Below are positions 50,995 to 62,419 of a DNA stretch of 64,000 nt, in pieces; the first letter of the stretch is position 1, and each line of letters begins with the position of its first letter. The DNA comes from Ginglymostoma cirratum (lineage: Eukaryota): positions 75,036,630 through 75,100,629 of the forward strand of contig JAHRHZ010000249.1 of NCBI GenBank assembly GCA_024137785.1. The letters are read 5' to 3'. The notes beneath the pieces are model-generated. The model was not told where the DNA came from. It worked only from the letters and a program-made list of their open reading frames with translations, and searched no databases. A program made the position numbers and the translations under genes.

Positions 50995-51840
50995 ATGCTC
51001 AAGGGCCTGAGCACCTTTTCCCATGTCCTCACCCTGAACCCTCACACACCAGGCCTTGTCATCACATGGACTGCTACCACAAACAACCCATTGTCAGCCA
51101 ATAATGGTCCTATTGACTATCCCAGTCAGACGTTTACCCTTTTCTTTGTCTGCCTAACTGTTGTTCTATGTCTCTGCCCCCAAGGCTTGGGGACCACTTT
51201 GCAGAACACCTACACTCGGTTCGCACTAAACAACTGCACCTCCCAGTCGTGAACCATTTCAACTCCCCCTCCCATTCCTCAGATGACATGTCCATCCTGG
51301 GCCTCCTGCAGTGCCACAATGATGCTACCCGAAGGTTGCAGGAACAGCACCTCATAATCCGCTTGGGAACCCTGCAGCCCAATGGTATCATTGTTGACTT
51401 CACAAGTTTCAATATCTCCCCTCCCCCTACCGCATCCCAAAACCAGCCCAGCTTGTCCCTGCCTCTCTAACATGTCCTTCTTCCCACCTATCCCCTCCTC
51501 CCACCTCAAGACCCACCCCCATCTCCTATCTACTAACCTCATCCCACCCCCTTGACCTGTCCGTCCTCCCTGGTCTGAGCTATCTCCTCCCTACCTCCCC
51601 ACCTACACTCACCTTTACTGGCTCCATCCCCACATCTTTGACCTGTCTGTCTCCTCTCCACCTAGCTTCTCCTCTATCCATCTTCTATTCGCCTCCTCCC
51701 TCTCTTCCTATTTATTTCAGAATCCCCTTCCCCTCCCCCATTTCTGAAGAATGGTCTAGGCCCGAAACGTCAGCCTTCCTGCTCCTCTGATGCTGCTTGG
51801 CCTGCTGTGTTCATCCAGGTCTACACCTTGTTAATCTCAG
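50995..51840 (+). mobile_element. Neptune-type PLE 3' part (51175-51840) joined to the 3' UTR of another repeat family
   Basis: ORF 51168..51470 RLGDHFAEHLHSVRTKQLHLPVVNHFNSPSHS..LQEQHLIIRLGTLQPNGI, a C-rich UTR and a hammerhead motif. Confidence 0.88.
51741..51773 (+). ncRNA. Minimal hammerhead motif with GUC triplet
   Basis: ttt CTGAAGA a tggtc-ta-ggccc GAAA CG TC ag; the base of stem II is mismatched. Confidence 0.55.
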
Positions 51841-53714
51841 CTTCCAGAAATGCTGCTTCTTGAATCTTTGATACTTGATGCTCTTCCAAATAACTATTAA
51901 GTTTATTGGGATACTATCTGAGAATCCTTCCATAATATTGATTTCTGGACTCAATTCAAATCACTAATGCCCCTTGGTCTGTTTTCTATGTTGTTTTAAA
52001 AGTTAACATTGTAAACATTTTGTCAAATAACATCTAGGTATCCTGCTAGGCAATTCACTGAAGTCATACACCTTCTTAAAAATTACGTAATTAGTTCAAT
52101 GCCCTAAATGACTTTCAGACCTCTTAAAAGAAAGATTGTTACTTTCATAGACTAAAACCTTCTGAAATTTATCGAGCTTTAATGACCCACTGTGTCATTA
52201 ATATCTGGGGAAATTACTGAGATTTCCATGCGATGTGTCTTGATCACTGCACAGAATGTAGTGTTCAATCACAGCATGTTACCCATTTATCGCACATCAA
52301 TTCTGGATGTCAGAATATGTTAGGTAAATGTGTATTGTGGATAATATTATTGTTCCAACATTATGTAGTAAACTTAAGTGCCGTTTGTTCAAAACCTTTT
52401 ATGGCTTAATTCTCTTAGGTAAATACCCTGAATATCACACTTTGCCTAGTTCAACAAAAAGATTATTGGCTCCTAGCCAGATTGTAAAATAATTTGGTCG
52501 TCTGGTCTAAGATCATTTCATGAGGGATTAGGAAAGCAAGCCAAAAAGCGGAGTTCACAGCCATGATTTTATTGAAATCTGGTGGGTTGAATGGCCTACA
52601 TCTGCTCCTAATTTTTATTTTGTTGTGTTCTTATCAAATACAACAGTAAGGAAGTCTTACTACAATAATCCATCATATTGGTGAGGCCATACCTGGAGTA
52701 TGTGCAGCTTTATCTCCTGACCATTTTTGAGACACATACCTGATCACAGCAGCAGTTATCTGGGCAGTTATCTGAGGTTATCTGTGCAGTGTTTCTGACA
52801 GTAACTGACAAAGACAGTGCGTCTGGATTAATCACCGAAAACACACAGGTTGAGAAGGCAGGAAGGTGATTCTACATCCGGGATGGCAAGGGCAGCTGGC
52901 ATTGTGTCTGCCGTGGAAATGTTGCTCACTGAGGTGAATGGGATTAAGGTGGGACAAAATTGAGGAGCAAAGGGTGGGAGAAAACAACAGCCATTTCTTC
53001 AATACGAGCGCGTTCTGTGACATCAGTCTCCAGGAGATCATGATCTAATGACAAGCCTTTTCTGCATGGATGACCTCAGGTTTATCAGCTTACAGGTTTA
53101 GTGTGAGGTTGCATACTCTTCCTGAAGGTCCAACCTCCTGTAGCCCACTCACATTCTGTGAGATGACAAGGTAAATTCACTGCGGGTCTGCTGGTAAAAT
53201 GCCCTTGGATTTTTGAGATTCCTGTGCTAATTGAATTAAAGTACAGATCAGCCAGGATCTCACAGAATGGCGCAATAAACTCAAGATACAACCTGACTTA
53301 TTCATGTTCCTATATACAAGCATGAAATCAATAGTGCTGTCAAATCCTGTGATGAAAACTGGTCAGCAAGAGGACCAAACAAATTGGTCCTCTCATGGTA
53401 TCAGAACACAACAATGTTTTGGGCTCACCTAATGTCAGAACCGGAAAGAGACAGGGAGAGAGTCTAATGATGGCTGAAAGTGGTCCTTTGTTTTAATGTA
53501 GAGCTGAAGTGAAGAAAAGCCTTTCTGATAGCAGCTTCCAATAGTTCCTTTTTCTCAAATGATCCATTTTCTTTTATACATTAATTGAGGTTATATGTTG
53601 AACACACAATCTATTTCATTTTAGATTTTCACTTGTGAAGCTATACATAAATGTACAAGAAAACTAATTGTTATACCTACTATAAAAATGTACGCAGCTA
53701 AAAAGTATTCTTTT

Positions 53715-53830
53715 CTTCTGAAAACGGGTCATAGTGGACTTGAAACGTTAACTCTTTCCACTAATGCTGCCAGTGCTTTCTGTGTTTGTTTAAGATACCC
53801 AGACCCTGCAGTATTTTGTTTTTATTTTAA
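53715..53830 (+). mobile_element. Decayed PLE terminus
   Basis: ctgaaaacgggtcatagtggacttgaaacgttaactct..tgctgccag..ctgcagtattttgtttttatt. Confidence 0.55.
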
Positions 53831-54104
53831 AGGCTATCTTCCCTGTGTTCTAAAGCTATCTTCCCTTGAAACAGCTGGAGTTCATGGATTAAATAGAATC
53901 AAAACTTTCATTTAAAGTTGGCATAGTTTATGGTGATGAAGGTTTAGAGCTGTGAGAGATCCATTGAACTATGTGCCCTGCAGGTGAGGATACATGTCAA
54001 AAAAAGCAATTTCATAAGCAAAAGAACATTTGGGAGCACAGAAGACAGAAGAAGATCATTCATGCCATCATGACACCCCAGCCCTTTTCTCGTATGCAGT
54101 AACT

Positions 54105-55735
54105 CTCAGGTTGTGGGTATCACTGGCAAAACCAAAACTTGTCACTCACCCCTATTTATCTTTAAGAAGGAGGTGCTAAACCTTTTCCTCAAACCACTGT
54201 ACACCGGATGATAATGGGGCTTCTACAGCATTTTAAAATAAGAAGTTTCAAGAAATTAGGCCCACCCATGATAAAAGGAAGAGAGCATAGGTCTAAGTCA
54301 GGAAGCCCATGTGACTTAGAGGGCAAATTTCCCATTCTCCTGCTCCCTTGTCTTTCCAAGTGGTCGAGTTTGCAACTTTGGGAGATGCTGCTAAAGAATC
54401 TTTGATGCACTTCATCCTGATGCAAGTATTTCTGTGTTGGAATGGTATGCCTGTGATGGAGAGAATGGATGTTTAGATAGTGGATGATGTGCCAATCAAG
54501 CTGACTGCTTTGTCCTGTGTTGTGTCAAGCTTCTTGAGTGTTGTTTCAGCTGCACTCATTTAGGCAAGTGGTGAGAGTTTTATTGCATTCCTGACTTGCA
54601 AAGGTGAGATACTTACTGCAGAATACACAGCCTCTGACCTGATCTAGCAGCGATGTTATTTCCTTGGCTGTTTCAGTAAGGCCTCTGATCTATGGTAACA
54701 GCAGGATGTGATGGTAGGGTCCTCAATGATGATAATATCAAAACAAGTGGCTATATTCCATCTTGTTAGAGATGGTTCATTGCTGAAAACCATAAAGTGC
54801 AAAGATTACTTGTCACATAGCAGACTTAAGGGCTATGTGTGGGCTGCTTAGCCCAGGGCTTGTCCGCTCCCATCTGCTTTCTTTCTTTTCTCTTTTTGCT
54901 TTTTAATTTTGATGTTTTTCTTTTTGTTTCACCTTTTTTTTTGTTTTTCTTTTCCTTAAAGACTTTTGCAGCGAGTTATTCGGTGACTTTGGCACAGTAG
55001 TGAGAGCGGGCTGTGTGTGGAATTGTGACAGTCTCCTGGTGGTCAGAGACAGCACCTCCCAGCCTTTGGGACCGGTGGCAACAGCAGTGGTGGCAACACA
55101 CCTCCAGCATCAGGGCAGCAAGAAAAAAGTTCCTCCCAGCGATTGATGCGAGACTCGTAGGCTAACTGAGACCTCAGGCCACAGCCAGGCCCAAGTGCCT
55201 GCATCAGTCATCCCAAACACTTTTATGGAGATTAAACTTCAACTTTAAAATCTGGATGCTTTTCTTACCTTTTGAATTTTTTACTTCTGCTATTTGTTTT
55301 TTAAATTCTGGTTTTGTAACCAAGCTGGCGCCAAAGAACGGCGACTTTGTACAGTTTTCATTGTACTCACGTATTTCTACATTTAAGTACACATGACAAT
55401 AAAATCTAATTCTAATTCTAATTTTTGCAGATCACAAGCGCAGATCGTTACATTACCTGAAGAATTGCGAATAGCGCTAAGCACTGTGCAATTATCAGCA
55501 AATAATTAACTTCAGGTCTATGATGGAGGAGTGGAAACATCTCAACCACTTTCCCCTGGGCCACTGTAACCAGTCACATTCACAAGTAGTCCTGTTGGCG
55601 TCAATTTTACTGAATATGCTTTCTGCTATGCTTTATCAAATGCCACCTTGACATCATGGGCAGTCTTTTTCACATTCTCTCTTGAGTATAGTTCTTGTCA
55701 CCATGTTTGGACCAAGGCTGTGATGAGATGTGGCC
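54105..55735 (-). mobile_element. L2/CR1-group LINE fragments (family of 14036-14598) with a nested insert
   Basis: gtgccaatcaagctgactgctttgtcctg..gtcaagcttcttgagtgttgtttcagctgcactcat is the reverse of 14118-14200; catgtttggaccaaggctgtgatgag at ~55702 matches 18211-18236. Confidence 0.75.
54830..55423 (+). mobile_element. Non-coding element ending in a Rex/Babar-type 3' tail
   Basis: Ends ttttcattgtac..gtacacatgacaataaaatctaattctaattctaatt, resembling the Rex tail at 43700-43893; CpG-containing interior and no ORF. Confidence 0.5.
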
Positions 55736-55990
55736 AATGAATGCCTTGATCAATCAAAGTCAAACTGCTTAGTTTAGACTTTACACAAACCTGGCAGTTA
55801 ACTGTCAGTCATCGTTTAGCTCATGCATTCTCCATGGCAATGCCTGTATCAATCAGAGTCTAACTGCCAATCAATCAGCACTCTCCTCTCTTACAGTATA
55901 AAAAGATTGTTTTCTCTTTGCTGTAATATTTCTAGTGAATTGCCCTGATGTGTACAAGGCAACAGATTTTAACAAAATGCATTTTTAGCA
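55735..55990 (+). mobile_element. Probable solo pseudo-LTR: CCAAT-like boxes, TATA and a decayed hammerhead
   Basis: Repeated (c/t)caatca motifs, cagtataaaaag at ~55894, then ttgccCTGATGTgtacaaggcaacagattttaacaa. Confidence 0.4.
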
Positions 55991-56417
55991 ATGCTTTCTA
56001 AATCTCTTTGCAGTCTCCTCATATTCTCTTTATAATTATTTCCTACTGATGTTTGTATAATTATCAAATTTTAACAATCATTCCTTTAATCCAAGTAATT
56101 TATACAAATCATACATACTTGAGATGCCAGCACTGGTTCCTGTAACACATCACTTATCACATTTTTCCTCTGTTGCTTATTATAACTTAAGAACTAAATT
56201 AATAATGGAATAATTTCTAATTTCCCTTCTGCTAGTGTCTATTGATTAATTAAGGGAGATACTGCAGAGTTGCTTTCTAAAAAAAAATTGTTTTCAAAAT
56301 TAAGGTAAAGTTGCCTTGGTTCCAAAATTTCAGCACTTTAGACAGACTCTCCTATGGCAGTTACTCACCAACTAATCAATGCTATAATCTTTTCTATAAA
56401 CCCAATATTCTTCGCAA

Positions 56418-56536
56418 TCTGGTCTCTGCATGGTATTCTGGATAGTTGTGTTTCCCAGTCTGGTCTCTGCATGGTATTCTGGATAGTTGTGTTTCCCAGT
56501 CTGGTCTCTGCATGGTATTCTGGATAGTTGTGTTTC
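56418..56536. repeat. 41-bp perfect tandem repeat, 2.9 copies
   Basis: tctggtctctgcatggtattctggatagttgtgtttcccag at 56418, 56459 and 56500 (partial), no mismatches. Confidence 0.97.
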
Positions 56537-57562
56537 GTGATGCATGGAAGAAGATGATGCTCAAGTTGCTCCTGGTTTCTGATTGGTGCTTCCACCCACC
56601 TGCTCCATGTAAACAAAGTATCCTTCAATTTACCCTGAAAATTTCATCTGAGATCATAGCCCTGTGGATTTAGGATTTCTATTATGTAGTGTTTCACATT
56701 AATGTTTTCACATACATTTTTGAGCTTTCCTGAGTACATGCCAGGGCATAACATTAATGTAAGATTAGTCTTTCCTACTTGTTTTGCGAGAAGACATTAG
56801 TTCTAAGCCTTCTTTTGCTTAGAATTAAAGTTCTTAAGATATGCCATGTGATCGGAAAACTACAATTAACAACATTTTTGTCAGCAGAACTGTTGCAGCA
56901 GTTTCCTGCTTTCACCATAACTGCAACAGAAAATAAGTAGAAACACTGGCAAAAGATGTAAGCAGTCATTTTTAGCTATTTTTCTCTTTTCTATTTTTCT
57001 GAGTGTCACCTCAGCTAATTTCCCTTAATCATAAATTTTGTGGCCCCAACAGCTGTATTAATACATAAAAGGACCAATTACTTGTGACAAGGAACAAACT
57101 CCTATCAAATACAAATTACCACAAGTGGTTAAGTGATTCATGTTGTTGAACCATTAAATATATGTCCTTAACCCATCCTTGATCATCATGAAGTGTTGTA
57201 CATTAATTACCCAGTAAGCTTACGGCAGAAACATAAATATCGTATAAATCTAATAACTGTTCAATGTTTTGAGCCTTCTTAATCATCTATAATCAACCTC
57301 TTTGGCCTAGAAAGTGATTAATTTAAAATGTGGCGTCTCATTCCTTCAGAAGATTTGAAGAGATTTTGAAGATGTTTTAAAAAATGACAATTTTTAAAAT
57401 ATTATTTATTTCTGTTTTCTCCTTATTGCTGTCTCTTTTCTCATGCCCACAATCCAATCTTTCTTTTCGTCTCCTTATTATTTTGTTTACCTGATCTGAC
57501 ACTAAATCCACCGAATCCTTAAATTCACCCTCCTTCTCATTCATTATGCTGTTTGAAAGATC

Positions 57563-57667
57563 AAGAAGATTTGCATTTATATCACACGTTTCATGACCTT
57601 AGGATGTCTCTAAGTACCTTTCAGAGAATTAAGTACTTTTGAAACATAGTCATTGTTGTATAGCAGG
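57563..57667 (-). mobile_element. Deu-SINE/L2-type 3' tail
   Basis: ttgcatttatatcacacgtttcatgaccttaggatgtctctaagtacctttcag..gtacttttgaaacatagtcattgttgta. Confidence 0.6.
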
Positions 57668-59449
57668 ATCCAAATATAGTGTTAATCTCTAACCCTCTTC
57701 GGTGGACCTACACACTCAATTAATCCAACAGAGCACACAGTCAGAAGTCCCATTCTAACAAGTTCAAAGCCAGGGTATTTTCCTGGCTTAGGCCAATGCT
57801 TATTCTATCTTAACCTATTTACATATATCAGATTGGTGTCAACGACATAGAGTTTGATTCCTGCTTCAGCTGGGATGGATTCAACCCTACCCATGGTGCA
57901 GATTGTTGTACAATAGATGCGTGCTGCCTTTGGGCAGAGAACTCAAGAAAAGGATCTCTCCACATCTCACAGCCTCTCTTCAGTCAAAACTAATCAGACC
58001 GAGTTCTGTAATTGCTACATCCTTTGAGACATAGACATTACTAATTCCGTACTTAATGAGGAACTGTGCCTTTCAAATGAACACTTGATTGTTAAAGCTG
58101 TCTGCTGAGGGGACCAGCAGGATGTCATAATGTTAATGGGACTAAAGTGCAGGTGGCAACTCTCCTAACAAGAGGATGCCAGGGTCAGGAAACATGTGGA
58201 GAGGGAGGCTATGATCATGCAATTCTTTCTGAAATTAAGATCAGACAAAGGAAAATTAAAAGCTGTCTAAACTCACTTTTGTGAATTTCAATTGCAGAAT
58301 AAATCTACACTACCTTATCTACATTCTGCAGGGATAACGGCCACAATTATAGGCTGTGAGTTCAGGGCACAGCTTGTTGTAGAAGAAAATACTGATGAGG
58401 GGAATGTTACTTGTGGGGCTTAAAAGGAAGAATTTGAGTTCAGATGAAATGATTCTAGCACTTAACCTAAGAGCATTTGCTTCTGTGAAGTCGTAAATTA
58501 AATTATAATTTACATTTATTCCCCTTAGCTCATTTAACTTAAAGGTGCCAAAAATCAAATCCATATCAAACCTTTCGGTTGCAATTTAATCATGAAACAA
58601 AGGTGACTTAACCCTGAACAAGTCATAGACACTGGACATGTTACAGTTCATTGTATTGGCCATGCATTGTTTACAATCATTTGCACATGTCTCATACCTA
58701 TATTGCTAAGTTAAAGGTTAGTAAATATTCACCGAATGGTCTGAGCAATTTTACAAAGCTCCAGTGCCAGCGGTAATTTTACAAACAACAGAGAGCCCGG
58801 AATGTATAGTAAATGCATACAATGCTGCATCTTATTTAAGGAATTGCCAAAGTTTCTTGAAGTTGCATGGTCGGTGATCAAAAGCTTTGTGAGTCTCAAA
58901 ATTAATATTGATAAAATCGACCAATGTTTGTGGCTATTTTAAACAGCAGTACTGAGTTCAGTTTAACTCGATCACAATCTTTGCACTCTTTTATTCACTT
59001 GGCATGGCCTCTTGATTTTGAAAAAAATACTCCCAGAATTTGTTTCTGTCACGGTGTAGTTCAATATCTTTGTATTTTTCCTCTGCAAACCAACCCCCCC
59101 ACCCCCCATATTCTCCTTCACGACTGTTGCCAATTTAATCTGCAATAAACAAAATGGCAAACATGGGAAATGTTCTGGAGGCTAAGACAACTCTTGTACC
59201 TCATGAGAAACATTAGGGATAAACAGTTGCAAGTTTAACATGCCTGATGCATTATGTCCTTATTTTGCTTACGTCGGGTGGGAGATTGGGATGGAGTGGA
59301 TGGTGGTGCAGTCAGAACACTGTCTTCCATTTTGATTATGTAGTCCAGCAGATATTGCATTGAATGTTAAAGGTTTTCAACACAGCGAGTACCAAACACT
59401 AGTAAACCTACAAGTACTCCACAACTTAGAAGTTTCATTCCTACCTATA

Positions 59450-60750
59450 AGAGATTCATTTCAATCAAAAAATGGAAAAGGTTAAACGACAAAAGATCAA
59501 GAAAAAAAAAGAGGAAATTTTGCCACATTCTGTATTTGCTCATGGTGAACCAAAATAAGTAGTGGAATTTCCTGAAGTTAGTTATTGCAGAGTGAAAAAA
59601 TTGTTCCACACCATCAAACAGATGGAAAAGGATGATGGAAAAGTAATTTGCCTGCAATGTTTTCCATTGTTATGAAAACTGAACAGAGTTTGGGATACAA
59701 GGGGCAACAAAGTACGAAGTGAAATGCAAAGAAAGAATCAACAATTACACCATCTAAATGAATGCTGAGGTAATATATTGATAGACAGATAATTGAAGCA
59801 CCCACATTTAGATTCCATCTGGTTGAAACCCGACAAAGAGAACATTTATTTATGATAAAATTAAGACTGACATTAGGTGCTGAGGTGATTAAGAAGAGAC
59901 AAGTTCAGTGAAAATATGCATTCCAAAGAAGAAATACTCCACCTCAATAAAAAGTATCACACCAAGACAGAACTAATCTCCAGTTAGCCCATTTGAGAAA
60001 GTCAACAAATTGTTTTCACCAGTAATTCAATCACTGACAGGGAAGGAGAAAGTTCAAAATATTCAATGTGTCGATGTAACAAGTGTAGTAATCAGCACTG
60101 ATGGACGATGTCATGCATACACATCCACGGAAGGCACCACTGAGAGGACACAAACACCAGGTAAAGTTCCAAGGTGCTATAAAGAAAAATATTACCTTTT
60201 AAAGTAGGGACCACACCAACAGCTAAAAAGAACAGACATATGTTACCAAAGTCCTCTGCAAAATGAGTATGAGGTTAAAGACCCTCCAGATCAAGGGAGA
60301 ACTACAGACATCAGATCATCAGGAAGAAAGTCCAAGTCAACTGCTTCCTACCTAACAAACAACTATTCTTCAAAGTCCAAATTGAGAAGACCTTTGGAGA
60401 GAATAAAGAAATTTTTGGATCATCTGAATTTATAAAGTGGTAGATTTAGGATGAGATGCGAAATGAAAACGTAAATATAAACATGAATGAGCAATGATAT
60501 AATAACTACGAAGGAAGAAAACACTGAGGGCAATGTTATATTTCAGTCTGAAATAATCAATACTTGATAAATTGTAGTAGGCATCATATACTGTGATGCT
60601 GCTGATGCAATAAATGTCATGTCAATTAACGAACAAAACTGCAAGTTGGATCAGAAAGGTAGACATAGAAATCCAAGTAGAACACTTGAAGAAACTAGGA
60701 CACCAACCAGGCAATACAGTCTATTCCCTTGAGGCTATTAAAATTTTAGC
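59450..60750 (+). pseudogene. Possible highly decayed Gypsy gag-pol remnant
   Basis: 1.3 kb of A/purine-skewed sequence; aagactgacattaggtgctgaggtg (KTDI, frameshift, GAEV; cf. KLDTGAEV) at ~59863; VMHTHPRKAPL (cf. PVxxxPRRVP at the RT start) at ~60110. Confidence 0.4.
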
Positions 60751-62048
60751 CAAGTATAGACAATCTCAAAAACACGAATAATTGGACTGCAGCTAGAATA
60801 AATAATTTAATAATTAATATCTAAGTACTTAATAAACCCTTTAAATAGTGGTGCTGTGAGGTGAACTCTGTGAAATGTGTTGAATTGTATAAGGTGAAGG
60901 CAGAACCTTGGCTGAAGTACAGTGCTTGAAAATAGTAACACTAGAATCAAATTAGCTTTACACCCTGATTGGATTGCATGCTGCTGTTAGCTGCACAGAT
61001 ACAAACTGCTTTAGCATGTTAGACTGTGGAGCTCTTCCTACAGAATTGTGCATACTTATCTCAGAACCCAGTTTTGAACGTTAGTTTCCTGTGTAGTATC
61101 TCAACAAAAAGAGATGTTAAATTGCCCAGTAAAGCTGATGTTGTATCTTAGGTACAAATCAATTTCCAGCCCGTCAAATGCTACTTCCATTTCGGTGCAC
61201 TCTCAGTTTTGCCAATTATATTTTGTGTGGCATCTTGTGAACGTCAATAAATTAAATTTGATCTAAATTTAGCCAGGTTTAAAGCAGAAATGAGCCACTT
61301 GACCTTTGGTGAACTGCACATGAATAGCTTCCTGTAGGAATGAAGAGAAGTGTCATGTAAAGAAGTAAAATAAAAGTTTCATGAAAGAATAATTTAACTA
61401 GTCATGTGGCTTTAAACATTGCAAGAGTTTAGAAAGTAAGGCTGAAATTTTTCCAGGCCCTGAACGATGTGAGCTATGGCAAGAAATTTGGAAGAATCAC
61501 GAGAGGAGTTGAGTGATAATTTCTCTACATTGAGACCGACAAGTTACGTTTTCAAACTAAGTTCTGGACATCAAGGAGAAATTCTCACAAGTAAAACTAC
61601 CGCTCAGCAATACATCATTATAATTCAATTTTATTTCACTGATATGCATTGTCCTACTCTACTTCCCATTGGATAGAAATTAACCACAAAGAATTCCTGA
61701 AATGAAAGTCAGAGTGAATGTCTCATAACTACAGCTCACCACTCACGCCTCCAGAACTCCACATTGGGCATAGGGCACCAATATTTCACCAGCCTTTTTG
61801 TATTACCATGGTATAGTCTTGATCCACTTACAGTGCACTTCTGCACTGCCAAGTTGCACTTAACAGCTGGCACCTATCATTTCAATGCTGCTGCAAGTTA
61901 CTTAGTGTGCAGGGATTGGTATCCAGTTTACAGATTGGATCAGGCTGCATCCCAGGAGTTGCTTGATCTCTTAGAGTTCACTAATTTTGAACCTACCTGG
62001 ATGTTCCCAGAATTAGTGCTGACAAAGCCTATCAAGTTTAACATGCTT

Positions 62049-62396
62049 AAATCAAAAAACGAAAGAACTGTGGATGCTGTAAATCAGGGACAAAGACAAA
62101 GTTGCTGGAAAAGCTCAGCAGGACTGGCAGTATCTGTGAAGGAAATATACAGAGTTAATGTTTCAGAGATAACAAGCGTGGGGCTGGATGAACACAGCAG
62201 GTCAAGCAGCATCATAGGAGCAGGAAAACTTGACGTTTCAGGCCTAGACCCTTCATCAAGCCCAGTGACCCTTCCTCAGAACTGCCTCCCTAGTTCTGAG
62301 GAAGGGTCAATGGACCCGAAATGTTAACTCTGCTTTGTCCTTCACAGATACTGCCAGACCTGCTGAGCTTTTCCAGCAACTTTGTTTTTGTTCCTG
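62049..62396. mobile_element. Fold-back PLE-terminus element with perfect 14-bp TSD and a nested PLE piece
   Basis: Arms acaaagttgctggaaaagctcagcaggactggcagtatctgtgaagga / tccttcacagatactgccagacctgctgagcttttccagcaactttgt; agtttaacatgctt at 62035-62048 and 62397-62410; foreign piece at ~62167-62260. Confidence 0.88.
62292..62329 (+). ncRNA. Type I hammerhead motif, best-formed stems in the window
   Basis: AGTT CTGAGGA a GGGTC-aatg-GACCC GAAA tg TT AACT: 4-bp stem I, 5-bp stem II, intact core; stem III CG changed to TG. Confidence 0.7.
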
Positions 62397-62419
62397 AGTT
62401 TAACATGCTTGTCAGCAGT

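Noticed and set aside
56418-56536. CRISPR-like repeat length
   Set aside because: Head-to-tail units without spacers, no cas genes, vertebrate DNA
61764-62327. 187-aa ORF
   Set aside because: Reads through a TSD and two nested PLE termini; a chance chimeric frame
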